From Salpingoeca rosetta (taxonomy: Eukaryota > Protista > Choanoflagellata): 64,000 bases of DNA. The notes under the pieces are model-generated. The model made no database searches. It had not been told where the DNA came from and saw only the letters and a program-made list of their open reading frames with translations. The stretch is from assembly GCA_033442325.1 (NCBI GenBank), contig JAWQFM010000016.1, positions 911,679 through 975,678 on the forward strand. The letters run 5' to 3'. Shown here piece after piece: positions 47,901-60,191 of this stretch. The position numbers and the translations under genes are program-made. Within the stretch, counting starts at the first letter, position 1; each line of letters begins with the position of its first letter.

Positions 47901-48736
47901 AGCAACCTCAGCAGCAGCGCCAGCGTGCACGCCAACAACAACAGCAGCAGCAGCAGAAGCGCTATCCTGAGAAGCGGGCGCAGGCCCTTGCTGCCCACGA
48001 CAAGCCACAACCCAGCCGCCAGCAGCAACAACAGCAGCAACATCAACTTCAGCAGCAGCAGCAGCGGCAACGAGAGCAGATGCAGCGCCGCCAGCAGCAG
48101 CAGCAGGCGCGACTGCAGCACCAGAGCGCCCAGCGGCAGGAGCTTGCACGGCGGGCGACATCGGGCCAGCGGGTAATTGGCGCGCGTCCACCGTCCACCC
48201 GCCGCAACTTGCCGTCCAACCCGCCGCCATACACGGCTGTGACGGCGCTGGACGAGAGCAGGCGACCAACAGCGCCGTCGTCGCTGGCGTCATCAGCAGG
48301 CCGCCGCCCACAGCAGCAGCAGGGCCAACACCGCCCCACGCAGCGCACGCCACAGGGCGCGGGCATGCGTGCACGTGCGCATCAGCCCCCACAGACACGC
48401 AGCGGCGCCAGCAGCGGTGGAAGTGGTGTGCGATCACCACATCAACAACAACAGCAGCAGCAGCAGCAGGCGTATCCGCGGTACAACCCCGGTGTTCGTG
48501 AGCCCGTGCAGCAGCACAGCCCCAACACGGGGCGGGCACTGCCAAACCAACCGCGCCGCATCGTCGCTCGTGGTCCGGCCACCAGCGGTAGCAGTAGCGC
48601 CAGCAGCCCAGGCCACCGACAGCAGCAGCAGCAGCAGCAGCTTGGGCACCGGCCAACACGGCGAATGGATGATCGTGAGCCGAGGCGGCACGTGATCCAG
48701 GAGTCGTCGAAGGGCCGTGACCTCGTCTTTGACTGA
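44954..48736 (+). CDS. ADAM10/ADAM17-type membrane metalloprotease (1260 aa, intronless)
   Basis: Signal peptide, prodomain with FCG cysteine-switch-like Cys, furin-type RRRRS and RARR sites, GGTLGLAWVG, zinc motif HEVGHNWGSSHD, Met-turn GGKYLMF, disintegrin CGNGKVE..EECDAG..CC, Cys-rich domain, TM NIVGAVMIVALLLWIPAVCLI, ~400 aa R/Q-rich tail. Confidence 0.92.
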   Translation: MPRPTRARTGALLVCAAAVLLIPAIITTTTTTVAAAPDAGPIADANTFNDNDNNNDTAASANTPRLSPRAARVPREAAPHLAGALRYHEVLSASDVSHVHVQRRRRRSTFEEELFGKAEPTSEHHEVRFSAHGRVFDLRLVKNHRMFAHGIRARIIDENGKVTPFRVDAENYLVGHDMSDEANSHANLYIRDGVLAGFMHVHNNTFFVERSLHHYPNDSSIDMIVYRAADVRTGDWRRGLNATGHSFCGADHHHTKHQDTISRMTAKERRKYFADLNNSSSGAGSAGGDGDQAAPDHHDHDHDHNDHDDQHDHHAHGNNEYEFPQLYGEQQAHVRARRARPSETDNTCLVSVVADARFHAFHNNERADTTQSMLQHFAIADDIFSSTVFAGDIPSGLSLFVHEVTIRLDNFVSTTSVTEMLSDFSSTIDFSSSCVAHLFTRVDFTGGTLGLAWVGSPDANRAGGICHSSRSQWLNTGLTSNINFGENVPFATTSLVTSHEVGHNWGSSHDDPEDPVCAPDELNGGKYLMFAVAVDGSQDNNQHFSPCSRELIAAVLRVKGTCFAPQPAGVCGNGKVETDPTGDTSEECDAGGEQDQCCNSACELKRPNGQATQCTALNNICCDSATCSFYADNTHQCYEPFDLDPLCRGVGMCVGGECQDPPPPKAAGEPCSNGGRCQEVADPDKRCITFCERFGATQCTCTGSDECSMCCEHNPDADCSGGSNCGCPFQDFDGCVPAMSVVTQARVSDPQCYADDPNDAANTRYEDNPILQPCTEPDVNDCLHVLDLPPGTPCSSGQCNRQGQCERAASGIARFWDPDNFSLDSLKLWARNNIVGAVMIVALLLWIPAVCLIKRYDHKQRELNAAYGTRRTASTMKRKKHPRQGGAVGTAGRRRRSKDTSAAARGPRPRRDGRGGPAPSNGLAGSSGGGERRRGARAASTRDGGDRRRNGSGSGSGSSEQGNGERKRRGAKVARAREQQPQQQPQQQRQRARQQQQQQQQKRYPEKRAQALAAHDKPQPSRQQQQQQQHQLQQQQQRQREQMQRRQQQQQARLQHQSAQRQELARRATSGQRVIGARPPSTRRNLPSNPPPYTAVTALDESRRPTAPSSLASSAGRRPQQQQGQHRPTQRTPQGAGMRARAHQPPQTRSGASSGGSGVRSPHQQQQQQQQQAYPRYNPGVREPVQQHSPNTGRALPNQPRRIVARGPATSGSSSASSPGHRQQQQQQQLGHRPTRRMDDREPRRHVIQESSKGRDLVFD

Positions 48737-49186
48737 TGCACGTGTGCCGTGATGTGTTGATGCGTAGGTGGCGGTGCAAGGGGGGGGGGCTGGGTTCGAG
48801 GTGGGATGGTGGCTGTGGCGGTGGTGGTGGTGGCAGTGATACAGAAGATGTCTGAAGATGCTCTGTGTGTGTGTGTGTGTGTGTGTAATGTGGTTATGTT
48901 TGCTTCTTGTTGCTTGTTTTATGAATTCCATCCGTGCCTTTGCTCTTGCTTGTTTGCTCATGACGAGAATATGATACATACAACAAGATGGCGAAGAAGA
49001 CGACGACTTCCTATTGCTGGTGACGAGCCTATTTCAGCTGTGACTGGGAGTGGGCGGGGAACGGGTGCAATGCACCACTCACAAGACCGAAAATGACCTG
49101 CGGAGAAAAATAAAGTGCGCACGCATGCACACAAACACACGCACACACACACACACACATACACACACCCTTGTGTTTCTGTGCTG

Positions 49187-49618
49187 CTACTTGTCTTCGA
49201 AAATGGGATCACTGGGCCTGGCCATCAGCGCCATCAGCTCATTGCGTGAGAGGCTGTGATTTTCATGGAGGGAGAAGCAAGGGATAACGGTGAGACAAGG
49301 CGTGGTGAGTGTTTGGTGGCTCACACGTGTACCATTGCTCGAAGTCAATGATGTCGATGAAGCAAAGGCAAACACGCGCGCACACCATACACGCTACACA
49401 CTACACAACACACACGCGCATGTACTGCACGCAACAGCACCTTGTTGGTTCCACCGCGTCCTCGTCCGCGACGGCGCGAAACGCAATTCCGTGGAAGAAT
49501 TTGAGCTTCTCGTATCGCCAGCGCCGGAAACCAATCGACTCCACAGACGTGCGCCACTCCCGCATCCACTTGGACCCCTGTTGTGGACATGTGTGTATGT
49601 GTGTGTGCACGTGTGTGT

Positions 49619-49694
<76 letters not shown>

Positions 49695-51710
49695 CCAGTT
49701 TGCTCGTATGTCTGCCCTGTGATGGTGTGCACGACGCCTTGCTCACCACCCTCACCTTTGCGACATGGTTTGAGTCTGGCGTTGTAATGAGCAGCAGCCC
49801 ATTTCTCTTCAGACACCGCCGCGCCCGCTCGCAGCACCTAATTGACACCGCATGATCACGGCAACAGCACGTGCCAATATGGTGAAAGGTGTTGTGTTTT
49901 GAGCATGTGACCGAACCCACTGCTCATGAAACGCACACGCACGCACATATCACACATACATACACATACACACGCGCGCGCAATACACACACAAAGCACA
50001 CACACATACACACACATACACATACACATACACGTATACACACACGCATACACACACACTATGCACCACACCTGTATCTGAGCGCTGGCGTTGGGATGTA
50101 TGAGAGGAGAAAGTTGAACACCACCACGTCATAAGATCCTTCCACAAGCTGAAATGACGACGATGAAGATGGTGAAGACGCTGTGTGTTCTGTCGCCACA
50201 TGCATGCATGCATGCATGCACAGTCCACACACGCGAGCACCTGCAGTGTGAGTGTTCACAGGAACGGGAAATGGTATCGACAAGCCGCAAAACAACGGCA
50301 GCAGGCCCTGCCTTTAGGTCATTCGCCCACAAACATGTACGCACACGCACATGCGCACCCGTGATGGAGACGATGGGAGCGTTGAGGAAATCACACCGGA
50401 TCACGCCTGAAGCATGGAATGCAAGTGGTGTGTAAGCACTTGTGCAGCCGTCCTCGTGAATGCAAGCCGAACCCCAAACCTCGCTCACACGCGCGCACAC
50501 ACACACACACATACACACACACATAAACACACACACACACACACATACACACACACAGCACACACAGCACACACACACACACACAAAACGCGACACACCC
50601 AGCACACACACGCACAACACAACACGACACAACCAGCACAGGGCGAAAACAACCAACCGTCTGCTGCTGGGGCAATATCGATGGCATCCACGTGGAGGTT
50701 GTGGCGTCGAAACGCATTGAAGGAAGACCCGACGTCCAGCAGATGCACATCAGTCAACGTTGTCGGCACACCACGGTCGTCGTCACGCGTCGATGATGCT
50801 TGCGATGCCGTCGGAGAAGACGTCGCTGAGTGCGGGGCTGTTGCTGTAGGTGCATCGTCTTCACTTTGACCAGCGGCACGCCTCGCTCGCTTGAACGCAA
50901 GCTCGCCATTGCCACTGTACACATCGCCTGAGCCGTGAGCATTGTGCCCTCTCCGCCTCTTTGCTGTCTCTCCTGCCTCTGCTGTTGCTGGTGTTGCTGG
51001 TGTTGCTGCTTGCTTGTGTGTACGCCTGCGGGCGTCTTTCGCCACAGCTGCAGAGCGGCCGCCGCCCTCAAAGTAATTGCGCATCATCTTCAGGCACCTG
51101 TGGCAAGCATAGGGATGTAGGGGCGAGAGCATCGTGTCATCATGAACCACATGGGCAGTGGTCCTGAACGCAGAGACGAACAAGAGCAATGCCGGGGTCG
51201 CATGAATGTACAGACAGTTGGGCCCACTTCCTCACTCACTCACTCACTGGTGCACATGCGTGCGAACGTACCAGTTGATCCTGCTGTCTGCTGCATCATC
51301 GCGTTTCCAGAATGAAGTTGCCAGAGTTCTCATGGCCTGTGCATATGTCTACGTGCAGAGTGTGGCACCGAACGGGTTCAGTCAGGGTGAAGCTGGTGGC
51401 ATCTTGGCACACTGCAACGACACACAAACAAACTTAAGCACACACACACATACGCGGACACTGCGAGCATTAAAACGTATGCACACACACGAACACAGAC
51501 AAGCGCATGCGCATTGGCTCACGCGTGCGCACCTCAAGTGCAGTAGCGTCGCTGAGGTGGTCCTTCCAGATGTGCTCGGCCAGCGCTTGCTCCAGGGATA
51601 CTAGCGGTGCACAGCACGCAAGCAAGCTGTACCGTCAACCCGTCAACCATCACCGGCACCACGATTGCACCGCACACACACACACATGTGCACACACACA
51701 CGCACTCAGT

Positions 51711-51743
<33 letters not shown>

Positions 51744-52124
51744 GTACACACACACACACAGTCGCACACACACAGTCACACCCCTCTCACACTCTCACAC
51801 TCTCACACACAGGCACACACACGCACACACACACACACATAAACACGCATGTGCACACACGTACAGCTCACCTCCAAGTTGTTTGGCCGTGCGCTCCGCC
51901 TTCTTCAGCGTTTCTGGTGATGGGTTCTGCACCCGCTTTCGTAGCCTTCGGTGATGGCCCTTGATCCACGTGGACAAGTCTTGCTGCTTCACAGCCTCCG
52001 CTTCTCGCTGTGCAGCCCCTTCCTGCTCCTTCACAGGGGTCTGCGCGGATGCGTCCTCTCCACCCACCTCTGCCTCCTCTGCCTTGTTGCCGGCTGCTCC
52101 AATCGCCGAGAACACACCACCCAT
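49187..52124 (-). CDS. SAMTOR: SAMTOR/BMT2-like SAM-binding class I methyltransferase-fold protein
   Basis: WIKGHHRRLRK, IWKDHLSD, YAQAMRTLATSFW..SRINWCLKMMRNYFEGGG, LLDVGSSFNAF, AIDIAPA..VIRCDFLN, YDVVVFNFLLSYIPTP, LKRNGLLLITTPDSNH and WRTSVESIGFRRWRYEK follow the recalled human C7orf60/SAMTOR blocks in order. Confidence 0.82.
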
Positions 52125-52526
52125 GACCGCGCACTGTTGCTTCTGCAACGGTCCGGGTTGTCTTGCGTCAGGGCAGCGAATTTCGTCTCCTCCTTCTTGC
52201 TTGCTTGCTTGCTTGCTTGCTGCTGCGTTGTTTGTTTGTTTGTGCACTGGCTGGCTTGCTTTGCTTCTTGCGCTGCTTGCATGTTGCTTGATGTTCATTT
52301 CTTTGCTTCTTCTTCGCAAACCTTGATCGCTCGCACGCTCTCTCTCTCTCTCTACCCGGTTGGTTGCTGCCATTCACATTCACACCACACCATCCATTCA
52401 CACCTACCTTCTTGACGCACCTGACTTCTGTGAGCTGCTTGTTTGAGAGCACACACACACTGACGTTCTTTCGTGTCAGACGACGTACATCAATCCAACC
52501 TCCCGACCAGCACCACCACCAACACG

Positions 52527-53511
52527 ATGACGACTCCACGCAAGACCAAGGAGGATCTCCTCAGCATCTGGGCTCGCCCCAAGAACATCCTCGTCGCCGT
52601 CGATGGCAGCAAGTACGTGCATGTGCATGTGTGTGTGTGTGTTTCTATGTGTTGTGTGCGTGTCTGTGTGTGTGTGGTCTGTGTACCTGTGTGTCTATGT
52701 GTGTTCGATCGTAGAGTCTTCGTCGCCATGATCTCCTTCCACTCACTGTCAACTCACGCTCACCTCCCTCCCTCTCCCTCCCCAATCCTCCTCCTCCTCC
52801 TCCTCATAGGTACGGCGACGCGGCCATGGACTGGGCCATCGAGAACCTCTGTGGTGAGGCCGACATCCTCCACCTCGTCTACTGCTACACGCCCATGGAG
52901 GAGTTTGTTGATCTCGAGGACGGCATCGTCTTCTCCCCATCACAAAAGGACCAGGTGTGCACAACGCAAACGAGCGATGTGTCTGTATGCATGAGTGTGA
53001 GGTGTGAGGTGTGCTCTTGTTCGCTGCTTAGCACACACACACACACACACGCACACACACGCACGCGTGCATGCGTGCATGCGAAGCGTCTCTCGTCTCG
53101 GCTCTTGTGGCGCACTTGACGACACTGGGTGCAATCCACAACCAACCAACCCCCCCCCCCACACACGCACACACACACACCAAACTCACACGCCTCTCCT
53201 CCTCTTCTCACCTTGCCCAAATCAAACGTACACAGGAGGCCCTGCGAGCAAAGGCCGAGGCTGTGCTGCGCGACGCTGTTGTGCGCTGCGTTGGTGAGGA
53301 GCCCCATATCAAACACGAGCAGCACCTGCTTGCCGGTGACCCGCGCATGTGCATCAGCGAGCTTGCCGACAAGATCAACGCAGACGCCGTTGTCGTTGGC
53401 TGCCGCGGCCGTGGTGCCATCACCCGCGCCGTCCTCGGCAGCGTCAGCACGTGGCTGAGCCACCACCTCACCAAGCCCCTCGTTATCGTCCGCCCCCAGG
53501 ATGAGCAGTGA
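52527..53511 (+). CDS. Universal stress protein (UspA domain), 3 exons
   Basis: KNILVAVDGSKYGDAAMDWA, GDPRMCISELADKINADAVVVGCRGRGAITRAVLGSVSTWLSHH..PLVIVR; the ATP-binding G-2x-G-9x-GS motif is intact. Confidence 0.93.
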
Positions 53512-54012
53512 ACTGCAACGACCACCACATCATCAGCACAACCACTCGACGTCCTGATAGTGACCCCTCCTTCACCACCGCAAGCCAGCGTCATGCCACC
53601 ACCATCACCACCTCCTCAGCAAATGGACAACACCCTGCAGGCTCACGAACAGCATGCATCGTCTCTGTCGTTGTGGGGGCGGTTGTCCTGGTGTTGGCGA
53701 ACCTGTCGCTGCTGTTCTTCCTGCTGCTCCTGCACATGCGTTTGCTTTCGCTTATCGTCATCATCTTCATCTTCATCTTCATAATGTGATTTCACGTTGT
53801 TATGAACGTCAATCATCATCCCAACCCTTGTGCACCAACCGATCACGTGTCACTGTGAGAAGCAGACATAGAGGTGGGAGGGGAGACTCTTGGGTTGGCA
53901 TACGTGAGACACGTCTGGAAGTGGGCGTGACATGTGAATGTGATGACAGTGCGCGAAACTCCCAAGTGTACAACCCAACCTGGGTGTAGTGAATTTTGCC
54001 GCTGCAACAACG

Positions 54013-54439
54013 ATGATGGACTTGCATTGTGGTGCTGTGTTTATGTTGTTGGTGGTGCTCTCCCTGCTGGTTGAAAGTGGGAGGAGTGTGTTGGCGACGA
54101 GTGAGCAAGCGCACGTGTCGAGGGAATGTGCGAGGGCGACAGCGCCACACGCTGTGGAGCACGGTGGCAGCGAGACCATCTTTGGCATCATGATCACAGG
54201 CAAGGACGTGCATCGCGAAGCACTGGCACAGCTGGCCGCCGACGCATTCCACAACCAGACGTACCCTTCTAAGGTCCTGATCATCGTCAACACGGGCAAC
54301 TTCACCCTCAACCCACACCCGTGCCAACACGAGATTCGCGCGTCAGCTGACCTGAAACTTGGCACCCTGCGCAACATGGGCATCAGCGCCGTTCCCACCA
54401 ACGCCACTTGGGTGCAGTGGGACGATGACGGTCAGCCTC

Positions 54440-54486
<47 letters not shown>

Positions 54487-55342
54487 TGTGTCTGTGTCTG
54501 TGTCTGTGTCTGTGTCTGTGTCTGTGTCTGTGTGTGCGTACGTGCGTCCGTGTGTGTGTGTATGTATGTCTATCTGTCTGTCTGTCTGTCTATGTGTGTG
54601 TCTGTATGTCTATGTGTCTGCAACAGTGCATGTCGCTGTATCCGTGCGTGCTTGCAATGGAATTTTGTTCCCGGCTGACCTCCTCGAGTTCTCGAGTCAT
54701 TAGCATCACCCACTCACGCCCCCGCCCCTCCTCCCTTCTCCCTGCTTGCCTTCTCTTCCACTTCTCACCGGATAAGCAGACTGGCGCCCAAAGCATGCGC
54801 TGCAGTCGCAGTACCATTGCATGACACAGGCGCATGCGCTCGGATGCGTGCTGGAGCGACAGTGGCAGGTGGCCCTGCACCAGAACTCGACATTCCTCAA
54901 ACGCATGCGGCCCGGCATCATGGGAACGCTCATGCTTCGAGCAACGCCAGCCACGAAGGAGCTTCGCTATCCTCAACTGGCACGACAGGAAGACTCGCTC
55001 TTCCTGCGCGATGTGCGTGAGGTGGGAACGGTCCATATTTGCGACAACCATCCGGATTGGTACTTCCGACTCTTGCACGGCCACAACACGTGGGGCGCAG
55101 CACACTTCCACCTCGACCTCGTCGACGACAACACGTGGTGCGGCACGGAACCGCTGCCGCCTTCCGCTGTGCACCAGCCGCTACCTCCACGCCAAGCCCG
55201 CCTCCGCGTCATTCAACAACACCGACAACGGCGGGCAGTGGAGTCGTTCTGCGATGCAAACACAACTGCGCACACACGCCACGTGTTCCAGCTCTATCAG
55301 CACCAGACATTACCCACTTCCGCAAACCATGCTGCGTTGTGA
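54013..55342 (+). CDS. Glycosyltransferase family 2-like (GT-A fold) protein with N-terminal signal/anchor, 2 exons
   Basis: Exons 54013-54430 and 54780-55342 join to give AFHNQTYPSKVLIIVN, LGTLRNMGI, WVQWDDDDWRP (DxD), YPQLARQEDSLF and HGHNTW. Confidence 0.8.
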
Positions 55343-55522
55343 CACGGCTTCTTCGCCTGGCATCATGGGCGTGACTGCGCAATCCAACACATGACAGTTC
55401 GGGTTCATTATGGTCACATCAATACACCACAACAGCAAGCGAATGCTATGGACAACATGAAGAATAAGCGGGGCAGGACATGCGAGAGAAAGAAGACAAC
55501 AAACAAGCAAGCAGCTCACGCA

Positions 55523-55605
<83 letters not shown>

Positions 55606-55674
55606 CAGCTTTTACCCGAAAAACCAAACAAGTGTGTATGCGCCACCCGCAAGCATGTACACACAGCAAGCGGC

Positions 55675-56520
55675 TTAGGTCTCCTTCTGGCGGAAGGCGA
55701 GTGCCTGGCGCACGTCGTAATACACGCACTTGTTCTGGCTCTCCCGGAACAGGCGCGAAGCGTGATCAACGCGGTGGAAGAGGTCAATGGCAATGTCTTT
55801 CGTGTCACATCGAATCCGCATGCGCCTCGGCTTTGGGCGCCCACCACGACCACGGTCATCCCTGCCGTGGCGTGACGGCTGCTGTGAATGCCTGGAATCG
55901 TTCCCAGCGCCGTCGTGTCTTCGTCGATCATAACGGCTGTGGCTGGCGGGCCCTCTTGACGCAGACGACGACGACAGGGATGATGACGATGACAACGACG
56001 ATGGCGACTCATCAGGCAGTGGTTTGATGGTTGACAGGCGCGAGCTCCCGTTCATCTCAAGAGCGCGGCGCACCTCTTGCTCCATCTGTGTGTTTGTGTA
56101 TGCGTGCGTGAGTATGTGTGTGTATGTATGCGTGAGTGAGTATGTGTATGTATGTATGCGTGCGTGAGTATGTGTGTGTGTGTATGCGTGCGTGAGTATG
56201 TGAGTGTGTGAGCCTCGAGGTGTGGTTAGCACGCATTTCCATCACGCATTGCCATGCAACAGGAAAAGACGCCCACCCTCACCAGCCAACAAACGCATCG
56301 CAACATTACACACACACACATACACACACACTGCCTCTCATTCTTACCTGTGGGTCAAGCATGAACTCGACGTAGAAGATTGAGTATCTGGAGGTGGACG
56401 GCGCTTCCTCAGACACAACCACGTGCTTGTGCATTCCGCTGTACCACACCTCCGACACAATCGACACCCCGTCACGCTGGTCAAGGATGATCAACCTATC
56501 GCTCGACACTGCGTGCGTGC

Positions 56521-56566
<46 letters not shown>

Positions 56567-57663
56567 ATAAGTGACGTGAATAAACCATCTTGATATTCAC
56601 ATAAGCAGCAGCAAAAAGGGTGGCATGACAGCTGGTTCATCGTGTCAAACTCACCCATGGCAACCTGGCCACTAAGCTGGCACAGCTTCATTGTTCCCAG
56701 CAGCCGCTCGTCCTGACGCGCGCGCGCGCGCGTGTGTGTGTGGGGGGGGGAGGGGAACAGCGTCAGCAAAACAGCAAGCACTTGTCAAGGTACATCTGGC
56801 TTCACACATGCACATACACATGCACGCACACATACACACACAAATCAAGCGCACCATTGTGTATCCGTTGAGTTTGTAGAGGAGCATCTGGTCACGTGCG
56901 AGCTGGAGGTTGTAGGGCGTGATGATGAGGCCGGGACCAATGCAGCGTGGCAGCCGGATGCGCTCAGGGCTCGAGTTCACCGCAGTCGTTTCTCTGCAGA
57001 TGGCACGTGATGCAGGCACAGTAAAGAGTGGGACGAGGAGGAGAGGGAAGAGGTGTCAATGGACATTGTGAAACACGCATGCACATTCACGCTTGTGCAA
57101 GCGCAGCAATGCTCAGGGAACGGTGCCTTGGTCGAGACACACAGAGATCATTTTCATGAAAGGAACAAATTCAAGCCAGATCACCACACGCAAACACGCC
57201 CGCGCGCACGCACTTGATGGCTGCGCTCATATCCGAGACGAAATTCATGCTGCCGCCAACGGTGCCGCTGATCATGTCGCCCGTGCCCTGGAAGAAACCT
57301 GACGCAATGCGGAGTTGCACACGTGGCGCAGCGGTGTCAGTGAACAAAAAACCCAACAAAGCAGCAACAGGACATACACGTGTACCAAAGACACGCGTCA
57401 TCGTCATCAGCAGCGGTGTGGCGCCACCATGAAACAATGGTCCAATGCGCGTGATCATGAACATCGCACCTTTGACAAAACCGGTTGCGCCCGTCCGCTT
57501 CGCACCCTCAATGGGCCGGGAGAAGAACCCTGACGGTGATGAGGGGATGGCGGGGTGAGGGGCTAACGGCAACAACATGTGATGCCACACGACAAGTGTT
57601 GCGTTGGCATACTGCAGGTACAGCCATACATGTGCAGAGACACACAAACATGCTTGAGCGCAG

Positions 57664-57717
<54 letters not shown>

Positions 57718-58677
57718 TCCTGCAGTCACAGTCACCTCCTGCAGTCACCTTTGAGCCCGCCAACAAAGTTGTCTGTGAGGTTTGAGACTGCGGTGCCCAC
57801 GCCCGGCTGCTGCTCGCGCCGCCGCTGCTCCGCTTCCGCTGCACGGCTCGTCGTAAACACGTTTGACACGGTTTTCGACAGCTTGGAGGTGGTGTCCGCC
57901 ACGGAGTTGGCCACGTTGGTCGCCAGCAGCTGCACACCCGGCCAGAAGGGGGGGGGGGGACACGCGTGAATTGGAGAGAAAACGAGTGCATGCATGTTGG
58001 TGAGTGGGGGCGCGCGTGTGTGAGAGTGAGTGCGCACGCGCTTGCACGGCTTGAAACAGCAGCGACAATGAACACAGAGGCACACACATCCACACATGCA
58101 CAGACACAGATGCACAAAACCACAGGCACAAATACACACACAGGCACAAATACACACACAGACACACAGAGACACACAGAGACACACAGAGACACACAGA
58201 GACACTCGCGCATTCATGCGCGTCCCAGGCATGAGTTGCATCATACCCCGGCGCCGGTGAAGACGCGGCCCCTGCGCGTGTGTTTGATGAAATCGGAGAC
58301 GCCGCGCCCAAGACCACGACCAAGCCCGAGCAAGTTTCCAAACGCATCTGACGACATGACAAGCTGGTGGTCGGTTTGGGGGGGGGTGCGCAGTGGAGGG
58401 ATGTGGTGCCGTAAGATTGGGTGAAGGAAAGAGTGGCATCAAGAAGCAGGCTGTTTGCAAGTCAAACACACACACACATGTGCACAAACACACGTACAAA
58501 TACACACACAGGCACCTTGAAGAGCTGCCACATGATTTGCTGCTTGAAGTGGTCAACAACGAGCTCCGAGAGGGCGGTTTGGTTCACAAACGGCGAACTG
58601 AGCGAAAACGCCTCAATCCGAAACTTGTTCTCAAAGCCATAAAACTTGATGCCAAGCTCCTGCGGATACACGCGAGC

Positions 58678-58729
<52 letters not shown>

Positions 58730-60160
58730 AGATGGAAGCGTGTACACGTGAGGTTGCACGAGTGGGTGAGTGACAGAAGAATGTGTGTGCTTGTGTGCTT
58801 GTGAGAGAGCAAGTGAAATCCGTGACAATGCAATTCGAAACCAATGATGACAACAGCAAGGCCAGGTGACAGACGTTCTTCAGTTGTTGCATGGGCGCAG
58901 GAAGCTGCGATGTGTAGCAAGCCGCCTCAATCTAAAGGACAAAACCCAAGGAAGTCAAGTCGCATGCGTGAGTTGCGGTGTTTGCATGCGTTTGTGCGTG
59001 TGTGTAGCTGAGTGCAGCTGTGTGCAGGTGTGTGCGGCTGTGTGCAGCTGCGTGGTGTGTGAAGGCGTGAGTTAGGTGCAATGCTTGTGAGCGCATATGG
59101 ATGAGCACCGTGTTGTGCGCCGCACCTGTAGTTTGGAGAAGTTGAACACTTCAAAGAACACTTGCAGTGGCCTGTCATTGGAATGCCGCGGTGCAGGGAG
59201 CATGCAGAGCATGTAGTGAGCGCAGTGGATGGGCACAACGAGAGAGTAAACGCAACTGGCAAGCACGCGCTGTTGCATGTATGAGTGCATCAAGAACACA
59301 CGCACGCATATCGACATGCCCACGCGCACGTTTCGAGCGTCGAGAGCGGCGCCTTGTGAAGTGAATGCATCAGGTCCTCTTCCGTCGGCGCCAAGAACAG
59401 CGTTTCACTCGGATGCATGACCTGCGTAGCGAGGACATGTGATTGCGCGATGTGTGTGTGTGTGTGATTGTGCGAAATACGTGTGTGTGTTTGTGTGCTA
59501 CTGAGTGCGACTGTGACCGATGTTGTGTGTGATTTGAACGCTTTCCCTCAGACAGATCAATCACTCTTCCAACACCGCGATGCGCCCATTCCACCACTAC
59601 TGCACCACCAGTCGCATCAAGACCTTCTGCGTCTGGTTGCTGATGAGGACATCACGGAAAATGTCGAGAACGCGAAGCAGCACAAGCTCCTCCAAGCGCA
59701 ACCGCAGCGGCGCAACAGCAATCTGACAGCGAAGTCGGTCGTGTGCACGAGCAGTTGACAATGACGATGTTGAGAAGAAGATGAGGACAAGTTGCAACGA
59801 CACACTGCACCACACATACGCACACGCACAGAGACACACGCACTGCTCGTACAATGACATTCACACACACACACACACACACGCACACACATACACACAA
59901 TGCGTACACGCACGAACACTGCGACGCACCTCGAGGTTGTGGAATATCATGCACGATGTGAGGGCGTCGTGTGTCCGCTGGAGATCAATCTGAAGAGCGC
60001 GTGTCTTCTTCGGCGATGCGGACCACAGCACCGCTGGCCGCTTGGTGGAGAAATTGCTCTGGTTGTCCACCTGTTAAAGACAACAGTGGCAGTGATGCCG
60101 AGAAGACGCGTGAGTACATTAATTGTGAACAGGTTGCATTGTCGCGAGCACATACCACTA

Positions 60161-60191
<31 letters not shown>

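Noticed and set aside
45014-48121. Long antisense ORFs (482 and 519 aa) opposite the ADAM gene
   Set aside because: Expected shadow ORFs of a GC3-rich coding strand; no recognisable motifs.
28722-52124. SEC13 (GATOR2) and SAMTOR as an mTORC1 gene cluster
   Set aside because: About 17 kb apart with three unrelated genes between them; probably coincidence.
53508-53789. Hydrophobic 93-aa ORF overlapping the USP stop codon
   Set aside because: GTG start, no ATG before the hydrophobic stretch, partly (TCA/TCT)n low complexity; most likely 3' UTR or intergenic.
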